Of a stretch of 43,991 nucleotides of DNA, positions 41,430-43,991 are shown piece by piece (position 1 is the stretch's first letter; every line of letters starts with the position of its first letter). The stretch lies in NCBI GenBank assembly GCA_947596225.1, contig CANQEX010000003.1, positions 1 to 43,991 of the forward strand, given 5' to 3'. The notes beneath the pieces were generated by a model. The model did not search any database and was not told where the DNA came from. It saw nothing but the letters and a program-made list of their open reading frames with translations. This DNA is from an uncultured Clostridia bacterium. Lineage in GTDB: Bacteria > Bacillota > Clostridia > TANB77 > CAG-508. The position numbers were made by a program, and so were the translations under genes.

Positions 41430-41682
41430 TTATACTTTTCTATACCAAATTATTGCTATTATTAATCCTATTATACTAGCTATATTAATTTTTATCATAA
41501 AACTAAATGATATTTTTAATATACTTAAATCTAATGAAAGCGGTGATGATAATCCAAATTCTTGTCCATAAGATAACCACCATAAACCACTAATTCTATT
41601 AGCCAGTTGTCCTAAAAGTCCGTCCTATAACTAATCCTGATAATAAAAATATTAATAATATCCAAAAATTTTTTTCTTTCAT
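41430..41682 (-). CDS. DUF4321-like small membrane protein (83 aa), requiring a +1 frameshift at 41622
   Basis: MKEKNFWILLIFLLSGLVIG, skip C, then GLLGQLANRISGLWWLSYGQEFGLSSPLSLDLSILKISFSFMIKINIASIIGLIIAIIWYRKV*; usual position upstream of radC; absent from the ORF track. Confidence 0.8.
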
Positions 41683-41862
41683 CCTTTGTTACCCCCATTT
41701 TTTCTTACGGAAATTTGTATATTCTATTGGTATATTATATCTTGATAAATATAATTTTTCAAGTAATTTATATATATTTTTTTAATATAATTTAAGTATA
41801 CATTTATTTACATTTACTTTTTATTTTTATATTGTATAATTTATTTATAGTGGAGGTATTTC

Positions 41863-42453
41863 ATGAAGATAGAAAAACTAAACGAAAACAAAATTAAAAT
41901 TATTTTTGATTATAAAGAATTAGAAGAAAACAATATTTCAGTACATTCTTTTCTAGCAAATTCACTTGAATCACAAAAATTATTTTTAGCAATTTTAGAT
42001 ATTGCTAAAGAAGATCTTGGTTTTGATATTACAAACTCTCAAATATCTTATGAAACTCTTTCATTTGATAATAAAAATTTTGTAATTTTGGTTACAAAAA
42101 AAGTTGAAAATTGTAAAGATATATTTTTTAATTTTGTAGGAGATAAATTAATAAATTCTAATTTTCCAAACTCAATCTTATATAAATTTAAAAATATGGA
42201 TGATGTTTTTTCCTTTTCTGAGTATATACATAATCTCTTTTCTGCACTAAATTTTAAAAGTTCATTATATGAATACAATAATATTTACTTTATAAAAATA
42301 GATATTCAACATTTAGATTTATTAAACAAAAAGAAAACTATATATTTTTTATCAGAATTAAAAGATTGCTTAAAAGTTTCAGACTTATCAGTAAAAAGAT
42401 TAGAAGAATTTGGTAATATACTTATAAAAGATAACGCATTTAATAGATTATAA
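41863..42453 (+). CDS. mecA: Adaptor protein MecA-like
   Basis: MKIEKLNENKIKI N-terminus; Y.F..MDD, SSLYEYNNIYF, LSE, LEEFG.ILIKDNA. Confidence 0.8.
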   Translation: MKIEKLNENKIKIIFDYKELEENNISVHSFLANSLESQKLFLAILDIAKEDLGFDITNSQISYETLSFDNKNFVILVTKKVENCKDIFFNFVGDKLINSNFPNSILYKFKNMDDVFSFSEYIHNLFSALNFKSSLYEYNNIYFIKIDIQHLDLLNKKKTIYFLSELKDCLKVSDLSVKRLEEFGNILIKDNAFNRL

Positions 42454-42467
42454 AAAATTTAATATAC

Positions 42468-42508
42468 AAAAAGCAATTTAGAAAATTTTTCTAAATTGCC
42501 TTTTTTTT
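42468..42508. terminator. Bidirectional terminator
   Basis: GCAATTTAGAAAA / TTTTCTAAATTGC flanked by A- and T-runs between convergent genes. Confidence 0.75.
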
Positions 42509-43487
42509 AATATAAATAATTTTGAGGATTTTTTGCAACACCATTTACCCTAATTTCTAAATGTAAATGTGGCCCTGTAGAATTTCCTGTAGAACCTACT
42601 GCTGCAATAACATCTCCTTGATTAACATTTTGCCCTTCACTAACATATATTCTACTACAATGTGCATAATATGTTTGGACAGAATTTGTATGAGCAATAA
42701 TTACCATATTACCATAAGAACCTTTATATCCAGCATAAACTACTGTTCCTGTTGATGCTGCTTTTATAGGTGTTCCAGAAGAAGTTGCTATATCTAAACC
42801 AGTATGAGTTCCTCCTGACCTTCTTCCAAATCTTGAAGTAATTACTCCGTTAACAGGTTTAGCTAATGCAATTCCTAAAGGAGTTTTGGTATAATCAACT
42901 TGTTTTTTAGTAGTAAATTTTGTATTTTTTACAAGTGGCATTTCTATATATAATGACGCTACAGCTGTATTAGCATCTGTAAATTGTTTTAATTCAGTTT
43001 CATATTTAGGAGCATATGTTATATTTGCTTGATTTTGACTATTTCTATTTTTCAATTCTTGTATTATTTGTTCTGCTTCTTGATATGATTCAACATAATA
43101 TTTTTCTTCACCATTATCTAAAATTGCATAATATTTATAATAAGAAACACCTGATTCAATTACACTTGAAAATATTTCATCATCATTTGATGTTAAACCT
43201 TTTTTTAACAAACATAATTTATATTCTGGTAAGCTATCTATTTCAACAAAAGCTACGGTTTTAGAATCTCCACTTTGTATATATGTATTAATCTTTTTTT
43301 GTAATCTTCTTTTATCTTCAGTGTAACCTATAAATTTACCATCTAATGTTACACTATACATTGGTTTATATACGACAAAAACTATAAAACCTATAATTGC
43401 AAGACCAGCTAATAACATAATAATTAATTTTGTCCATGTTCTTAAAAATATTACGGCTTTCTTAAAAATATTAGTTATTGTCATCAC
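42507..43487 (-). CDS. Membrane-anchored M23 family metalloendopeptidase
   Basis: N-terminal TM; HTGLD and GPHLHLE zinc motifs. Confidence 0.9.
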   Translation of the reverse strand: MMTITNIFKKAVIFLRTWTKLIIMLLAGLAIIGFIVFVVYKPMYSVTLDGKFIGYTEDKRRLQKKINTYIQSGDSKTVAFVEIDSLPEYKLCLLKKGLTSNDDEIFSSVIESGVSYYKYYAILDNGEEKYYVESYQEAEQIIQELKNRNSQNQANITYAPKYETELKQFTDANTAVASLYIEMPLVKNTKFTTKKQVDYTKTPLGIALAKPVNGVITSRFGRRSGGTHTGLDIATSSGTPIKAASTGTVVYAGYKGSYGNMVIIAHTNSVQTYYAHCSRIYVSEGQNVNQGDVIAAVGSTGNSTGPHLHLEIRVNGVAKNPQNYLY

Positions 43488-43577
43488 CCCTTTGCATAAT
43501 TTTACTATTAATAGATTATAACATTTAATTTATATTGTCAATATTATTTTAGTATACTAACCTTAAAAAACAAATAA

Positions 43578-43620
43578 AAAAAGCTGAAATAACAACAATA
43601 ATTTTATTTCAACTTTTTTT
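43578..43620 (-). terminator. Intrinsic terminator after the coat gene
   Basis: AAAAAGCTGAAATAA / TTATTTCAACTTTTT imperfect inverted repeat. Confidence 0.55.
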
Positions 43621-43624
43621 ATTT

Positions 43625-43873
43625 TTATAAATTTGAAACTTCATTTTTTACATTTGAAATTTCTTCTTGCGTAACTTTTTGTGCTGGAGTGTAATATCCT
43701 TTTGCTTCTGCAAGTTTAAATAATTCATATTGAAAACTCTCTGATGAGTTTCTTAAGTTCTGAAATGTTTGTCTTAACTCCATATTTTCAGTTTCTAATA
43801 TTGCTCCTTCATAATCTTTTAATGAAGCTTTTGTTGATGATAAAACATCATTTACTATTGCTTTTTCTTCCAT
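43625..43873 (-). CDS. Coat F domain spore coat protein
   Basis: D.L..K..Y..AI.E..N..LR..F..Q..LF..KGYY pattern; AGGAGGG RBS. Confidence 0.8.
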   Translation of the reverse strand: MEEKAIVNDVLSSTKASLKDYEGAILETENMELRQTFQNLRNSSESFQYELFKLAEAKGYYTPAQKVTQEEISNVKNEVSNL

Positions 43874-43882
43874 AGTTCCCTC

Positions 43883-43991
43883 CTAACCTAAAAAAGAAAT
43901 TAATTTTTGTTTAGTATTTAAAGCATCTTGTGCAGCTTTATTTAAAATCTGTTTAATTTGAGGATCTACTGCTGTATCTGCATAGTGTGTA
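43883..43991 (-). CDS. Partial (5'-truncated) small protein, probably the spore-coat-associated partner
   Basis: ..THYADTAVDPQIKQILNKAAQDALNTKQKLISFLG*; stop overlaps the RBS of the Coat F gene. Confidence 0.65.
   Translation of the reverse strand, partial: THYADTAVDPQIKQILNKAAQDALNTKQKLISFLG

Noticed and set aside
70-41820. Recurrent TTTACAT motif in intergenic regions
   Set aside because: It is too short and AT-rich to separate from chance or -35-like elements without statistics.
12750-42855. Other ACGGA occurrences in minus-strand genes (about 12757, 14044, 24830, 29912, 42847)
   Set aside because: CGG is out of frame there (GAC GGA, ACG GAA, AAC GGA) and the ORFs are intact, so these are not shift sites.
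3422-43264. Other short ORFs lying opposite called genes (e.g. 22145-22612, 29239-29697, 32259-32657, 35346-35603, 36049-36303, 42048-42278)
   Set aside because: They are antisense shadows of long, motif-supported CDSs.

Overview
This is a very AT-rich chromosomal segment of a spore-forming Clostridia-like bacterium. Core genes: ZIP transporter, prfA, a YhaO/YhaN-like nuclease-ATPase pair, acyltransferase-3, a stand-alone VirD4/TraG-like ATPase, a CbpA/DnaJ-class chaperone, an alpha/beta-hydrolase-murF-ddl operon, ypeB, a UgtP-Nudix fusion and spoIIE. These are followed by two giant surface proteins (about 2720 and 1691 aa), a shortened DUF4321-radC-mreC-mreD-pbp2-minC operon, mecA, an M23 peptidase and spore-coat genes. 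Main observation: two unrelated, otherwise intact genes (virD4-like at 9798, DUF4321-like at 41622) need the same +1 frameshift at an in-frame CGG-A in the context TAG(G/T)ACGGA, where skipping the C restores a Gly codon (GGA). By eye, CGG is otherwise absent in frame from the core genes. This suggests CGG-triggered +1 frameshifting or four-base CGGA decoding rather than random decay. An assembly artefact is not excluded, and two orphan genes do carry unshifted CGG.
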